A stretch of DNA of 62,960 nt, the filler included. It is 12 parts of 12 records of this genome, joined end to end, with 100 filler letters (N's around TTAATTAATTAA, not from the genome) between each part and the next. Parts side by side here need not be neighbours in the genome. Positions count along the whole stretch, not along the records: positions 59,218 to 62,960 come from SRR7504441_7806; 11 more parts are not named here. One strand, written 5' to 3'. Position numbers and translations under genes: made by a program. The notes beneath the pieces are model-generated. The model was not told the DNA's origin, made no database searches, and saw nothing but the letters and a program-made list of their open reading frames with translations. Shown piece after piece: positions 60,405 to 62,960 of this stretch; position 1 is the stretch's first letter; each line of letters starts with the position of its first letter.

Positions 60405-62879
60405 ATGGACAGCAGTGAGGGCTTCCTGGCGGGGAAGGCGAGGGCCTACTTTGGCGGCCGGCACGACTTCATCGCCCGGCACTCGCACGGCAGCAGGCGA
60501 GAGCACTACGCCGCGATCGGCAGGGAGCAGCCGCGGCGCAGGACAGAGGGGGCAGCCAATCGCGAGCTAAGGCAGGCGGAGCGGGCAGCGGAGAAGGCGG
60601 CAGCCAAGGCGGCGGAGGCTGCGGCAAAGCGGCGGGCAGCTGAGGAAGAGGCTTTGGCAGCCCATGGGGTGGCGGACAGGGCGAGGGAAGCGGCGGCTGA
60701 GGCAGCCAAAGCAATCGCTGCGCGGGAGCGGGCGGAGAGGCAGGCTGCGGCTGCGCGCCAGGAGGCGGAGGCACTGCGGGCCGAGACCGAGGCGCTGCGG
60801 GAAGCCGCGGAGCTCGAGGCCAAGTTGGCCCGGGCAGCTGCGGTCAAAGCAGCCGAAGCGAGCAGGCTGGTCGGCGGAGGGGGTGCACCGGAGGGGAAGG
60901 TGCAGCAGGTTCGTCGGCAGGCGCGCGAGTGGAAGCTGCGGTCTGTGCACCAGGCGATGGATCTGTGGCAGGCCGGGCACATAGAGCAGGACGAGCTGAT
61001 GGCGCTCGGCAAGGCTCGGCGGATCCTCGGACACAAGACCGGCGAGTGGACCGCCGAGAAGAACCTGCAGCTGATGCGCGAGTTGGACACAAACCAGAAC
61101 GGGAGAGTGTGCATGCCCGAGTTTGTGAGCTACTTTGAGCGGAGCCTGCCAGCCGACCCGGACTTGTTTGAGCAGGCCTGCCAACAGTTCCACCAGGTGG
61201 CTGCGCACTATCGCACCATGCACGTGGCCAGGGCCCTCCGGGTGCCGTTCGCCCTTCTGACAACCGCAGCCTGCACGGAGCGGTGCAGGGCGGCAGTGCT
61301 CGCTATGGCCAGGCAAGCTGCTCGCGCCCGAGCTAGCTGCATCTCCTTGGCTGAGCGGCTGGTCTCGCTCCGGTGCTGTACTGAGGCGGCTAGATGCCGG
61401 GTTTTTGTGTGGCGCTGCGGGGCGTTGACCGAGCAAAGAATGCAGCAAGAGCAGCAGCTCGTGGCCCACCGGCTGATTGTACATAGGCAGCTCAAGTCAG
61501 CCCAGCAAGACGAGAGCCAGCAGCGGATGCTGGCGCTCCGCAGAGCTCTGGAGGTGGTCGCTGACCGAGAGCGCCTGCAGCTCTCTACCAAGGTGAGCCA
61601 GTGGCGGGCCGATGCTGCGTTTGATGCGGGTGTTGCTAGAGCCTCGCCGAGCCTGTTCCGCGACCTCCAGCGAACCCAAACGAGGCTGAGGGCGCAGCAG
61701 ACGAGGCAGGTGCTGACCAGTTTGTATCATATCCAGTCAATTCAATTGTTATCGGTCGTAGTGCGTGCAGTGTTCAGTTGGCGCATGGCAGTCGAGGAAA
61801 CGGCAACTTTGCTTGATGGAACAGCCGATTTCCAACCACCATCACCAGATGTCAGGACCGAGCTGCGTGATACCTTCATTGCTGAGCTTGGGGTGCTACT
61901 CTCGCAGCTTGGTGAAGCAGTGGACCAGCACCAATTGGCGAATGTGGTTGCGGCAGCCCAGGCGCAATTGGCAGCCCACCATAGACTTGAGCGAGCTCTG
62001 CTGGTCTGTACACTGCGCGATCGGAGTCTCGCCTTCTTGCAGGATAGCCTTGCAGCGCTACCTGGCTGTGCCAGGCAGTTGTGGCAGCAAGGTGCCTGTC
62101 AAGAGGCCAGCTCGATGATGGCTCTGCGGGTGGCTGCCCTCACGCTGCCAAGAGAAACTTCACTGGAGACGGTTTTAACAGAGCTGCGAGCACTGTGTCG
62201 GTGCCTGTCGCTCTCATATGTGTTGGACAGCAAGTCGCAGGCCAAAGCCGAGCAGTGCTTGGAGGCATTGTGCTGGGCCAAGGAAGCAGAGCATGCGACT
62301 GACCAATACCTAACTAGGCTGGACAGCGCTGCAATCGCAATGCAGCATAGGGTAGACGAGCTAGCGACTGAGGGCATGGTTCGACTTGTTGGACGTCTCT
62401 TGGTTGCAAGCAGCACCATTTTCAGCTCGCAGTCTGATGCACTAGATAATGCCTTGGCTCTGCGCGGTAGTGGATGGGAGACTGTCCATCAAGCTGTGAA
62501 GGAAGCAGCAGAGCTCAAGGCTGTACTGACAGTGCAGTACGATGAGATTGGATTCGAACAAGCACTTGGACGGGTCAGAACCATCCCAGCAGACTTAGCT
62601 GCAGGTCTTCCGATCTTTTCTAGCTCGTGGAGGGGAATCTCTTCAGCAGATGTCGAAAATCAACAGCTCGCGCAGAGCATAGAGGAAGGAGGAGATGCGC
62701 ATGAGCAGCTAGTCCGATGCCTAGAAAGGGAAGTCCATGAACTGCGGAGCTCCAAGCGGAGTTTAGAGCAATCTTTAGTAGCTGAGAGAGAGAGAGCCGA
62801 CAAGCTTGCGGGGTTATTGAGTGATAGTAGGCGCCGTGACTTGAATGGCTTGATAGCGGCTGGAACAATAGGTACTTGA
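60405..62879 (+). CDS. Coiled-coil protein with EF-hand pair
   Basis: Long ORF; DLWQAGHIEQDE and DTNQNGRVCMPEF loops; A/E/R-rich coiled coil. Confidence 0.65.
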   Translation: MDSSEGFLAGKARAYFGGRHDFIARHSHGSRREHYAAIGREQPRRRTEGAANRELRQAERAAEKAAAKAAEAAAKRRAAEEEALAAHGVADRAREAAAEAAKAIAARERAERQAAAARQEAEALRAETEALREAAELEAKLARAAAVKAAEASRLVGGGGAPEGKVQQVRRQAREWKLRSVHQAMDLWQAGHIEQDELMALGKARRILGHKTGEWTAEKNLQLMRELDTNQNGRVCMPEFVSYFERSLPADPDLFEQACQQFHQVAAHYRTMHVARALRVPFALLTTAACTERCRAAVLAMARQAARARASCISLAERLVSLRCCTEAARCRVFVWRCGALTEQRMQQEQQLVAHRLIVHRQLKSAQQDESQQRMLALRRALEVVADRERLQLSTKVSQWRADAAFDAGVARASPSLFRDLQRTQTRLRAQQTRQVLTSLYHIQSIQLLSVVVRAVFSWRMAVEETATLLDGTADFQPPSPDVRTELRDTFIAELGVLLSQLGEAVDQHQLANVVAAAQAQLAAHHRLERALLVCTLRDRSLAFLQDSLAALPGCARQLWQQGACQEASSMMALRVAALTLPRETSLETVLTELRALCRCLSLSYVLDSKSQAKAEQCLEALCWAKEAEHATDQYLTRLDSAAIAMQHRVDELATEGMVRLVGRLLVASSTIFSSQSDALDNALALRGSGWETVHQAVKEAAELKAVLTVQYDEIGFEQALGRVRTIPADLAAGLPIFSSSWRGISSADVENQQLAQSIEEGGDAHEQLVRCLEREVHELRSSKRSLEQSLVAERERADKLAGLLSDSRRRDLNGLIAAGTIGT

Positions 62880-62960
62880 ATGGGTTTTTTAACGCATTAA
62901 GGCTATTAGACGATCTAGAGATCTCTGCCAAGTTTGTAGGTGCATGGGGACTGAGGAGCC

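Overview
Twelve short contigs of a gene-dense, GC-rich eukaryotic (flagellated protist) nuclear genome, joined by eleven artificial 100-bp spacers (N44-TTAATTAATTAA-N44). About 31 protein-coding genes are visible, interrupted by many short (mostly ~30-50 nt) spliceosomal introns. Recognisable genes are SMC5, DNAAF5/HEATR2, RPB11, GCP2/TUBGCP2, TRIM37, a GH29 fucosidase, a RhoGEF, a kinesin, an EGLN-like 2OG oxygenase, an ATP-grasp ligase and a GATase. There is also a partial tRNA-Lys. The most striking observation is a HECT-domain gene (32823-34623, minus strand) whose middle ~557 bp, including two introns, lies on the opposite strand. Flipping 33210-33766 at a 3-bp GCC/GGC microhomology restores one uninterrupted ~562-aa ORF. 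Second, several introns consist of a 14-24 bp duplication of local sequence around a filler of TA-rich or telomere-repeat DNA, which looks like intron gain or growth by break repair. Other points are frequent GC donors, ~75-bp head-to-head promoters, a recurrent intergenic TACTCGTAC motif and several unusual domain architectures. Exon boundaries were read by eye and the organism cannot be named from the sequence alone.
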